A stretch of DNA of 64,000 bases from Octopus vulgaris (Eukaryota): assembly GCA_951406725.2 (NCBI GenBank), contig OX597828.1:39804001-39868000 (forward strand), read 5' to 3'. The position numbers and the translations under genes are program-made. Of this stretch, positions 36,750 to 48,900 are shown piece after piece (the first letter of the stretch is position 1; each line of letters starts with the position of its first letter). Below the pieces are notes generated by a model. It ran no database searches, had not been told where the DNA came from, and saw only the letters and a program-made list of their open reading frames with translations.

Positions 36750-36785
<36 letters not shown>

Positions 36786-37139
36786 TGTGTATACATTACA
36801 CATGAAATGTATTTATTTATAAACTTTAAACTGAACTTCAATTGTTTTATAAACCTAACAGCGTGGTGGTACGTAAATAAATGGCGTAAATTAACGAAGG
36901 TATAAATCTGACGGAAATACACGAAGTTGACTATTTTCACTTCTGACAACCAAAGGCATGACACTGCCAATTTATTTACTTAGTTTTAAAAATTATTTAC
37001 TTTGTTGGAAAAATATTATTTAATTTTCTTTGATATGTATTCAGCCTTGAAATACAAACATACGCGCAAGTCGTTGTAGGATCGACTACTTACGACTAGC
37101 TAGCGCGAGTGCGCGCAGCGGGACCACTGTTCGCTAGTA

Positions 37140-37465
37140 GTACCTTAATTTCAATGAAGCTTCTATACCTGGATGAGATAAATTATGTAAGGTAGAAAAA
37201 ACAACTTTTCTATGCTTTTCAGGCACAAACGGTCTCGAAAAACCTGTAGAAATATCACACCAAATATGTGAATTACACGAATGGATCGGCAACATTTTAA
37301 ATTTTAAAGAAGTTGAATTGGAATTTTTATATAAAGAAAATTCTTTATCCGCAACTTGATCCTTAGACATTTCTTCCAAATTTATAGTGTTTAATGAGTT
37401 TAATGCATCTACATTCACTCTAGAAAGTGCATCTGCTGCCGAATTTTCAACACCCTTGATATAAC
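37140..37465 (-). mobile_element. Gypsy pol fragment (end of RNase H and integrase Zn-binding region)
   Basis: YIKGVENSAADALSR...CDISTG.SRPFVP...H.LSHPG. Confidence 0.8.
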
Positions 37466-37819
37466 CTTATATCCACACAAGCATTCTGCAGCCAGCATTT
37501 TAATGACAACGTATTCCATGACAATAATGTTGAAACATGGTCAGCAATTTTGGGGGAGTTGTAGAGTAAATTACATCATCTCTAGTACTCCATTGGTACT
37601 TATATTACCAACTCCGAACAAACGAAAGACTAAGTAACATGCTGCAAGCTTATTAGCGTATCTAATAGCAAAACACAACCAAATGCTGGCTACCAAAGGA
37701 GTCAAATCCAACAGTGGATAGGTGCACACAGACGTTTTCATATCCCCATAAGGCATTCAAAATGAGAATGGAACTAGATGAGAATAATTATTGAAGTGGT
37801 CATAAAAACACTATAATGG

Positions 37820-38208
37820 ATGGAAGCACTCCGTCGGTTACGACGACGAGGGTTCCGGTTGATCCGAATCAACGGAACAGCCTGCTCTTGAAATTAACGT
37901 GTAAGTGGCTGAGCACTCCACAGACACGGGCACCCTTAACGTAGTTCTCGGGGATATTCAGCGTGACACAGAGAGTGACAAGGCCGGCCCTTTGAAATAC
38001 AGGTACAACAGAAACAAGAAGTAAGAGTGAGAGAAAGTTGTGGTGAAAGAATACTGCAGGATTCACCACCATCCCCTGCCGGAGCCTCGTGGAGCTATCT
38101 TTTAGGTGTTTTCGCTCAATAAACACTGACAACGCCCGGTCTGGGAATCGAAACCGCGATCCTCTGACCGCGAGTCCGCTGCCCTAACCACGGGGCCATT
38201 GCGCCTCC
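37820..38208 (-). mobile_element. tRNA-derived SINE with TSD
   Basis: Head ggaggcgcaatggcc; TSD (c)actataatgg on both sides. Confidence 0.85.
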
Positions 38209-39099
38209 ACTATAATGGTTACAGATTCAGTAATTACTGTTGTAAGGAAAACAGATTAATTAGGTTGTTGTGTACATGATAGCTAAGCAATTATTCATAA
38301 AATATATTTCCTCCGTTAACTGTTTAAACCAGGTAAAATGGTGAGACAAATAGAAAATTTTATATCAAACTAGACAACACAACTGGGAGCATAAATTTTT
38401 GGTTTCAAATTTTGGTACACGGCTAATAATTTTAGGAGAATAGGGAAAGTCAATTCCAACTCATAACGTTACGAAGGATTTTGCCAAGCACGTAGTCTTA
38501 AAATTAATGCGTGTGCTTGGTCTAGGGGAGATAATTCTGTTATCACTGTCTAAGAAGAATATTTTTTGATAGGAAAATTGTGTCATAAAATGATACACTA
38601 TTATAAAATAGTATGGTGTGTGCACGTGTATACACACACACACACACATATTTATAGGCTTGATAGTAAGCCATGCACCTCGTTCCTGCAATTTGATTTA
38701 GATAATTATTATTCTTCCATCTTATCCATTATTCTAAATAAGGTTATTATCTTTACTTGAAAGTCTACTGGAATCTCCTGACTCGAGTGAGTGCTTATTC
38801 TCATGGCTAGAAATATCCTCATCGTCTTCCAGGTCATTTGTGGGTGAAGTAAGGGCGTATGGACAACCTTAACATTATCATGGGTTCTTCCAGCTCTGCT
38901 CAGCTAACTGATCTCATGAGTTTCTAACTCCTCCATGAGCTAAGCTGCCACTTCACAGATCTGGGATAGAGTATCTACAGGAATGATGCACTGCTTATTG
39001 TTCATTATACCCTGGCTACCCTGGAGAGAACCAAAGAAAAGGTTCATAAGTTTTCTGGGAATTTTGGTCTATGTATGTGTGTGTGTGTGTGTGTGTGTG

Positions 39100-39445
39100 T
39101 ACAGTAACCTCCCAGTTAAGTACACACCCATTTAAGTATGCATCCCAGATAAGTATGCACAAAATCTTCAAGAATCCTAGGCTCAAGTTTACTTGGATGA
39201 TTCAGTTTGATCAACTTAGCGATGATATCTGATCTCTGGGATTCATTCAAATGCTTCCCTTTTCCTTTGCTTGACATCATGGAGAAAACTAATAGAAAAG
39301 GTGACAAATATCATCTAAAACCATGTGCATACACGAGCCTTGCTGTGATTGACCACACGCATACATCTGTGCAAATGATTTGCTACCAGCTAAATACACA
39401 CAGTTGGTTAGGTTCAAGTTGCGTACTTAAGAGGGAGATTGTTGT
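39100..39445 (-). mobile_element. pogo/Tigger-like MITE remnant
   Basis: ta-cagtaacctccc...taagtac start with an imperfect inverted end; minus ORF with HTH-like KHLNESQRSDIIAKL. Confidence 0.45.
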
Positions 39446-40182
39446 GTGTGTGTGTGTGTAAATAATCTTTGCTCATTTGCATAACTGTTTTTCTCCACTA
39501 GCATGGAGTAGGCATATATTATTGAGGTATTGTTTTACATGTAAATGTTTGTTCTGTCACTAACCCTTATCTGTTTTTCGAGATAAGTCATCCCTTACTC
39601 CGTATCACTTCAAAGGTGCAAAGTCAGCAGATGATTTATTGACAAGCAACATAATAATAATGTCACTGTTTTTAGCTCATGAATTTTTGGAGAAGCACAC
39701 AGATTATCAGAGAAGCAAGAGGTCCAAGTATCTGATCCAAAATTCCCATCTATTCTTTATGGTGAATCTATTCCCTTTTTTTTTTTTACTGTTTATAGAC
39801 CAATCACTAGATTCCATGGGTCCTACTTTCTATTTTATTAACCTTTTTGATACCAAACTACATGAAACTGCTCCTGATTCTATGATACGATGTTGTCTCT
39901 GTTTTAAGGTTTTCATATCTGTACTGAAATCTTCAGTCAAAATTTTATGCAAGAACCATTGCTAAGTTAAGTTTTAAATGCCAATAAATTACCATAAAAG
40001 TTAATTATTCTATTAAATCCCTCCAAATTTATAAAAATCTATAAGAAGTGTATTCGTTGGATAGAAGAGTGAATGAAGTAGCTAAAATCTGAGATGATAC
40101 AGAATACAGATATAAAACTGAGCTGAAAGGTAAATAACACAAAACTTTCTCACAATGTTGATAAACTGTTTTTTATTGCAAA

Positions 40183-40188
40183 TTTATT
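40183..40188 (-). terminator. Candidate polyadenylation signal (AATAAA) for DNAAF4
   Basis: tttatt on +, about 65 nt past the stop; a second copy lies near 40172. Confidence 0.5.
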
Positions 40189-40251
40189 TAAAGTGTAAAT
40201 CACGTTCACAAGAATTTACAATAAAACAGGAAATGGACTGAGTTGTCCATT

Positions 40252-40346
40252 TCAACTCTGAATCACTTTCCGTATCTCTTCAGCGTCTTTGATAAGTTGT
40301 TCATTGCTGGGATCTAATTTTAGGGCAGCTTCATAGTCCTGTAAAC
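40252..40346 (-). CDS. DNAAF4: DNAAF4 terminal exon ([14 protein letters not shown]...IQS*)
   Basis: tttcag acceptor; TGA at 40254-40252. Confidence 0.93.
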
Positions 40347-43300
40347 CTGAAATTTAAATACAGAAACTATAATTAGTCAAGTAAACAAAGCAAATAACCA
40401 AATAAGTCTTGGCACATAAAAAGCACCATCCGAACGTGGCCGTTGCCAGCGCCGCCTTGACTGGCTTCTATGCCGGTGGCACGTAAAAAGCACCCACTAC
40501 ACTCACGGAGTGGTTGGCGTTAGGAAGGGCATCCAGCTGTAGAAATACTACCAGATCAGACTGGATCCTAGTGCAGCCTTCTGGCTTCACAGACCCCAGT
40601 TGAACCATCCAACCCATGCTAGCATGGAAAGCGGACGTTAAACGATGATGATGATGATAGCAAACACTAGCAGTTGATTGCACCAAATGATCTGAATAAG
40701 CCAATGAGAATAAGCCTTATGCATCAGCATAAATTATTGAGAGCCTATGAAAGCCTTGAAACCTAGCAGCTGAAAGCCTATGAAAACCTGGCATCTGATT
40801 GGTCAGAGATACTTTTCTCATTCTTGTGGAACTCGGGTAATGTGATTCTTAATGTTTAGCGAGCTTTTAGCCCACTAATTTAATATAATATTCGGTCATC
40901 CTTCGATAGCCGTAGAAATTAATCCAGTGAGGAAACAACAACAACTCGTATGAGTTTCCGAAGACTTTATGTACATGGAGTATTTTATTCCGATTTGGGA
41001 TGAGAGCATTTTACACAGCTTGTGTATTAACATTCAACAGAACAGAATGGAAGTTGAATAAGAAAAGGTTTTTGTCTTGCCGCCTTCCATGAATGGTATT
41101 GAGGATTTAACAAAAATTCAAATCGACGTGGGGTTGTCCCGTAGCCGGAACAGAGATGTAGAGGCCGCGTGGGAGAAGAGAAGAGGATGTTACTTGGCTG
41201 TGCAAGCCTTTTTATATCTAACCTTGTTAACGATGTGACAGGGGAGATAATTCTAGATGACTCTCATTAAAACCTGACGACACTGGATTTAAATAAGGTT
41301 GTCTACAAATGAAACTATTAACACAAATAGATATAAACTCTATAAATTTTTTTCTACCCTCTTTATACCAACAACATGGTGGAAGGCAGTAGAGTGACAG
41401 GTGGGGGCAATGGTGGAAGAGAGATAAAGTGATAAAATCTAATGGTAGAGGAATAAAGATAGATTATAATCAATCTTGTGTGGAAGCACACTGCCTAGAG
41501 GTTAGAGCAACGGACTCGCAGTCGAGGGATCGCAGGTTCGAATCTCAGACCGGGCGATGTGTGTGTTTATGAGTGAAACACCTAAGCCCCACGCAGCTCC
41601 GGCCGCAAGTAATGGCAAACTTCTGCTGACTCCTTCGCCACAACTTTCTTTCACTCTTTCCTCCTACATCTTGCAGCTCACCTGTGATGGACTGGCGTCC
41701 CATCCAGGTGGGGAACCTATACGCCACAGAAACCAGGAAACCAGCCCTTATGAGCCAGGCACAAATGCCAGTAAGGCAACGCAGGTAACGATCACACTTG
41801 AATGGTGCTTTTTACATGCCACCAGCACGGAGGCCAGTTTGTTGCTCTGGCAATGATCACGCTTGTATGGTACTTCTAGCGGTCCTCTACCATGAATGCC
41901 AGTCATCGAATTTGATTTTGATTCCTATCAGCTCACTTGTGCTCTGTTGGTCATACACACCCAGTTTAGTTCACTTCTTTCATTTTATGTTTGCATATAT
42001 GTGTGTGTGTATGAATGTGTGTGTATGCATATGTGTGTGTGTGTGTGTGTGTGAAAAGTGGTTGATGTTAGGAAAGGCGTCTAACTGAGGAAACCATGCC
42101 TAAGCTAACGTTGGAGTGCAATGCAGCCCTGCGGCTTGCTGGATTCTGTAAAACCATTCAAGCTGTGCCACCATGGAAAACTGAGGTTAAATAATAACAA
42201 TGACGATGATGATGATGATGACATTGATATTAATGATGCTGTTGTTGTTGCTGCTGCTGTTGTTGCTGCTGCTGTTGTTGCTGCTGCTGCTGATGATGAT
42301 CGTGATGATTATGATGGTGCTGCTGCTGCTGTTGCTGCTGTTGTTGTGGTTGTTGTTGTTGCTGCTGCTGCTGCTAATGATGATGATGATGATGATATAA
42401 AATGATATCACAGATACGTTTTTCTAAAACATTTTGAATAAAATTAATAATGAGCTGTAATTTACCTTCCACAAAAAGCTCCAGTTTACAGAACGCTGTT
42501 CCTCTTCTCACAAAAGCTCTGCACCTGCTGCTGGCATTCTGAGGTACAGGAGGCATGAGTAGATCCAAAGCCTGTTCAATGAATAGGAAATAACAATGAA
42601 TCTACATTAAGTCTTCATCAGATTAGAAATAAAGATTCCAGATTTGAATCTGTGAAGAGACCCAGCAAAAAATGTAGTTGTTTTTTAACCTCTTGTCTTT
42701 TGCTGGTTTCACTCATTGGCCTGCAACCGTACTGGGATACTATCTTTAGGGGTTTTAGTTGAACAAATTGACCCCAGCACTTATTTTTCTGTTAAAGCCT
42801 AGTATTTATTCTATGGGTTGGTTTTTGCTGAACCATTATGTTACAAACACATAAACCAACCAACACCAGTTCTCAAGCATTGGTGGGGAGCAAACACAAG
42901 TCCAAACACACACGAGATGGGCTTCTTACAGTTTCTGTCTAATAAATCCACTCACAAAGCTTTGTAGAAGACACTTGCCCAAGGTGTCACACAGTGGGAC
43001 TGAAATCAGAACCAAGTGGTTGGAAAGCAAACTTCTTATCACAAAGCCACCCCTGCACCTATGTAGACATAAAACTGAAGAACTAGAATCTCATTAACAT
43101 AGATTCATTGTTTCATCTCAGGTATTTAGACATTTCATCATCTTCATCATAATCATCATTTAATGCCTATTTTCCATGCTGGCATGGGTTGGACGTTTTG
43201 ATAGGAGCTAACAAGGATGGGAGCTGCACCAGGTTCATCGTCTGTTTCGACATGGTTTCTTGAGCTGGATGCCCTTTCTAATACCAACCACTTTACAGGG

Positions 43301-45932
43301 TGTACTGGCACCAGCACCAGTGCTTTTTATGTGGCACCTTCACCAAAAATAATCATAACCATGAAATATAACACAGCAATATTGTATGATAAATATATTT
43401 CATACGTAATTATTACTAGAGCACCAATACAGCATTGATATATTGATATATATCATCACAAGTTAGAGGGAGTATATATTGGTATATATCATCACTAGCA
43501 AGTGATAGATATGTATTTCATATCTCATCAATGGAACTATTGCTCTTTTCTGTCTCAAATTGGTGTTTATAATGTCCAAAAAACAAAGAACACATTACCT
43601 TTGAACTGTCTTCAATACATTTCATATAATTCTTTACTTTAAGGTGGCAAGCAGCTCGGTTAGAATATAAACTGAACATGAAGAAAATATTAAGGAAAAA
43701 CACAACAAACTTAAGATAATTATATTGATATAAAACATCTGAGAACTCACTACTGAGAGATGAAGGCTCTGCAAATTACACACTGGCAACCCATTTAAGG
43801 GAGCAGAAACTCTGAAAAGAACCAAAAATCTTGATGTGTACAAGACTCTTTAGTTATGTTGTAGATGATCTCTCTGGCGTTGGTAGCACTCTAAACATCC
43901 TCAATATCTTTTTTACTGCCAAATCCAAACACTTCTAAAATATTGGTTTCAAATTTTGGTCACAAGGCCAGCAAGTCTGGCGGATGGGGTAAGTCAGTTA
44001 CATTGACACCTGTGCTCAACTAGTACTTATCTTATTGACCCCCAAAATAATGAAAGGTAAGGTCAACCTCAGCAGCATTTGAACTCAGAACATAAAGATG
44101 GACAAAATACTGCTAAGTATTTAGCCTGGCATGCTAATGATTCTGCCAGCTCACTGCCTTGCACTTCCAAAATATTACCATCTCTGCACCTATCAAATCA
44201 TCAGAACTTGGATGTGACTACCCACCACATATCCACCCACCTACAAAATGCCACCACCCACATCACAGTCCCTGTGGCACTCCCAAGTCAGTTGATTGAT
44301 CAAATCTCTGCCAGTTCTACTTGACTTAACATTACTGGCTGCTCAGGAACTTTGACTCCTGACCTATTAGAAACAGTTAGGTTGGTGAGTGACACCATCC
44401 TCTTAGACATTTCCTTCTCTATGTCACACATATCCTTAACATACCAAAAACTACATTACAAAGTCAGACTTTTCTCATCATAACCAGAAAAGTCCTTCAT
44501 CATCTGATAACTAACAACACTCTACAAAGCTCAGAGGAGACCCACAACTGAGTACTGCTCCTACATCTGGGATAATGCAATTGTGACACTTATAAAGTCC
44601 TAGATTGCAATGAAAGAAAGACTACAGACTATTGAATTGACTGACATGGAGTTGTTTGCTAACACACTCCCACCTTTGGCCTAGATGTCATACCACTGCA
44701 TTTTCTACTGCTAAATATAGTGACCCCTACTCCTTAAAGATGGGGCTGGTTTCATGCCATCTCTACTCAGGCACTCCTGATCCTCTCATCTCTCCTCTTT
44801 TCATCACTCATACTGTGACTCACCCACCTATCCACCAAGTCTCACATTAATCACTATCTCCAGTCCTTTCTCCCCAGATCCACCTGGAACTCAATGACTT
44901 GCAACTGTTCAAGAAGTATGTTCACCACAAATCTCACCAACCATATAAAATGGAAATCATGATTGTATCCTACTTCCTCCTGGCCAAACCAACATAAATT
45001 AATACAAAAAATTACAATAGCGAAAACTGCATCACAAAGTGTGACTTTCCTCATCAGAGTCAGAAAAGTCTGTCATCTCCTGGCAATTACCAACCTTTTA
45101 CAAAGCTCAGGGAAGACCCATGATTGAGTACTGCTCCCACATCTGGAATGGTGCGACTGCTACACTTACAAAGAGCTAGATTGCACTCAAAGAAAGACTA
45201 TTCAGCTGGTTGACATAAAGTTGCTTGCCAAGACATTCCCACTTCTGGCCTAGATGGTATATTTTAAAAGATACGCTGGCATTTTATAATCAAGTTGAAT
45301 AGCATGAGTATATATATTAATGGCTGCCAAATAGTTCCCATCTTGGAAGAATTTACTGAAAAAAACAAAAAGACAAAAAAATTATTATTTTCAGGCAATT
45401 TCAACTATGAAACGGATGTTAAATATACTGTCTTAACATAATGACTGAATTATTTAGATCCTAGCCTCTGTTATTCTTTCTTTCACATCAATAATGCTTG
45501 ATAAAAATATTAAATCAATGCCAAAGCCTGACTGATATTTTATTGACACCAAAAAGCCTGAATCCTTTTTATTTTTGTTCTTTTTTTTTTAGGAGTGGAA
45601 GCTGTACAATAAAGCAGTGGCTGCCAACCTTTTCACAGTAGTTTCCAACATCTTTTATTTAAATGAGTTTTCCAATGTACCCCTTTTAATATGCTTATCC
45701 TTATGTGTGTGTGTATATATATACATACACACACACACACGGAGAATTCACAAAAAAACAAAAGGCGAAGACCGGTAGTGTAGACAACAAATAGATGTAT
45801 TAGTATAACGCTTGGGAAGTGAAAAAGTCTTTAACGTTTCGAGCCTACGCTCTTCCACAGAAAGGAACACAGAAAGAAACAGGGAGAAAAAATAAAGAAT
45901 GTGTAGTGGCTAGCGATCTATCATGGCGAAGG

Positions 45933-45978
<46 letters not shown>

Positions 45979-48900
45979 TACCAGTACTACATTTGCAGAC
46001 CACCTGAGTCCATGGACCCAAGGTTGGGAACCACTCCAATAAAGCAAAGCTTCAATGGAAGATGAATACAAGGTTTTTTTTTTACTTCTAACATACAGAC
46101 ACGTGCACACACACACACATACACATGTACACATAGAAATATAAAGATAGAAAGAGGGGAAGAGGTAGAGACAGAGAGAGAGACATTACAATTTATTAAT
46201 TGAACACATTCGACAAAACAAAGTTTCCTCTCTTCAAACAAATAGAGAAATATGCTCACACACATAAACAGAGAGAGGGAGGGAGAGAGAGAGAGAGAGA
46301 AATTAAAATAAAGAAACATTAAAACAACTGGTGTCAAATAAGTCAGCATCGAATCAGTGATGCCAAATTGGTAGCGACAAAACGACTGTGCCAAAACATC
46401 TCATACACTGCCCTTATATACCCAGGCATGTGCAGTTTAAAGGATGAATGATGAGATTCAGTTCACTTTTGCAATTAATCTTTTTTTCACCTACAGAATT
46501 ACAGGAAATCACAATGTATAAAGGGACCATTTATCTTTGAACAATGAATAATTGGAACCGAGAATAAAATATTTATGGTGAAGGCTCTGTAACAAAAAAA
46601 AACCAAAGTTGGTGGCACAGCATCAAGGACTCCACTGCATATATTTTTAGAATAGAAACAGCAAAATAGCAACGACATTAATAAAAAAATATTTTTTGGT
46701 AGTTAAAAAGAAGGTTAGTAGAACACTAATACCCTGGTGGCGGGACCATAATGACTGCATTAGTATCAGATATTGATCATTGTTCATTAAACTGGTTTGG
46801 GTGAATCCTGGTCAAATAGATAGATTAATTGATAGTGTCATAGTGTGGGTATTGTGATTTATCATCATCATCATTTAACGTTCAGCTTCCATGTTGGCAT
46901 GGGTTGGATGTTTTGACAGAAGACTGGACTGAGCCCCAGTCTCTGCTTTGACATGGTTTCTATGATTGGATGCCCTTCCTAATGCCAGCCACTTCACAGA
47001 GTGTACTGGATGCTTTTTGCATGACACCAGCACCAACACCAGCTAGGCTAAGAAAGGATGTGTTGGTGTAAATACTTGCTTGTGCAAGTTTGTCCGCATG
47101 TATTTTGTGCATGTGTGTGTATTAGGATAAGTATGCGTAAGCATAAATCATTTGATTGTGCATATTTGCTTGAATATATTTCTATGTGTGTGTTTAGGAT
47201 GGTAATAATGGCGAGCTGGCAGAAACGTTAGCACACCGGGCGAAATGCTTAGCGGTATTGCGTCTGTCGTTGCGTTCTGAGTTCAAATTCCGTTGAGGTT
47301 GACTTTGCCTTTCATCCTTTCGGGGTCGATAAATTAAGTACCAGTTACGCACTGGGGTCGTTGTAATCGACTTAATCCGTTTGTCTGTCCTTGTTTGTCC
47401 CCTCTATGTTTAGCCCCTTGTGGGCAATAAAGAAACAAAATAATAGTTTTTACCTTTGGCACACTATCATAATCATTTATGTCTGTATGTGTGTGAAAGG
47501 GGTACAATTAATTATATTGATCACCAAGTACTAGATGGGCACTATATTATCAACAACAGAAGAACAAAGTTGTCTCTGGCAGGATTTGAACTCAAAATAA
47601 AAAAGGGATTCCACTAAATACCACAAGGTATTTTTGTCCACTTTTCTTCCTCTGCCTTCTGTAGGAATAATAGTAACAATAACACAGAGAGCTGTTGCCT
47701 GACATCTTCAATACATGACAGTTGTTAATCTCAGTCCCTACCAAGGCAGATGATTGGTGCAGGATACCACAAGGTATTGTATCTGATGCTCTACTGATTC
47801 TATGATCCACCAGTTATGTACAGGAAATGCAATGAACTGGATGTTACTTACTTTCCTTTATCTCTCAAAAAGAGAGGGTTTTTCTCTTCTTCTGTGAGAT
47901 CCTTTGTCATAAATTCCTTTATCCGAGTGGCTTCAGCCTGTTTCCTTAACCACTTTGGTCAGTAGAATTCAGAATGAAAAGTAGAAGGAAAATAATTAAT
48001 TAATTAAAAGTAACAAAAAGCAATAAATTTATATAGCATGATCATTGCCAGAGCAACAGACTAGCTTCCATGCCAGTGGCACGTAAACAGCACCATTCGA
48101 GTGTGATCGTTACCAGCATTGCCTTACTGGCACTTGTGCCAGTGGCATGTGAAAAAATATTCGAGCAAGGTTGTTGCCAGCGCCGCTGGACTGCCTCCAG
48201 TGCAGGTGGCATGTAAAAAACACCCTTTGAGTGTGGCTGTTGCCAGTACCGCCTGATTAGCCCTCATGCCAGTGGCACGTAAAAGCACCCACTACACTCT
48301 CAGAGTGGTTGGCGTTAGGAAGGGCATCCAGCTGTAGAAACTCTGCCAGATCAGATTGGAGCCTGGTGCAGCCATCTGGTTCGCCAGTCCTCAGTCAAAT
48401 CGTCCAACCCATGCCAGCATGGAAAGCGGACGTTAAACAATGATGATGAACTAAGAACTTTGATTAGAAAAACCATGTGACATATTATTTTTATTAAAAA
48501 TAAACAATTATTAATTAACTGGTTATCAAGAAAGTTTTTTTGTTTTGTTTTGAAAAGGTGATAAAGTAGATCTATGGAAAAGGTAAGTTAATAATGGTGC
48601 CTCAACTCAACTGTATCATTACAATTGGGAATAAAAGAAAACCTACATGTTGATATCTTTTACTCTTTTACTTGTTTCAGTCATTTGAGAGCGGCCATGC
48701 TGGAGCACCACCTTTAATTGCGCAAATCAACCCCAGGACTTATTCTTTGTAAGCCTAGTACTTATTCTATCGGTCTCTTTTGCCGAACTGCTAAGTTACA
48801 GAGACGTAAACACACCAGCATCGATTGTCAAGCGATGTTGGGGGGACAAACACAGACACACAAACATATACACACACACACATACATATATATACATATA

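Larger units (their letters stand above)
36305..36970. repeat. ~665-bp near-perfect zero-spacer palindrome centred on CTAG at 36669-36672
   Basis: Arms are reverse complements with a few substitutions and differing (TA)n length; produces mirror ORFs in the ORF track. Confidence 0.95.

Noticed and set aside
36305-36970. Two mirror ORFs (145 aa and 123 aa) as a duplicated gene pair
   Set aside because: Artefact of the palindrome; they run through (TA)n and have no protein motifs.
42121-42411. Poly-Leu/Ala/Asp/Ser ORFs
   Set aside because: Translations of an intronic triplet microsatellite.
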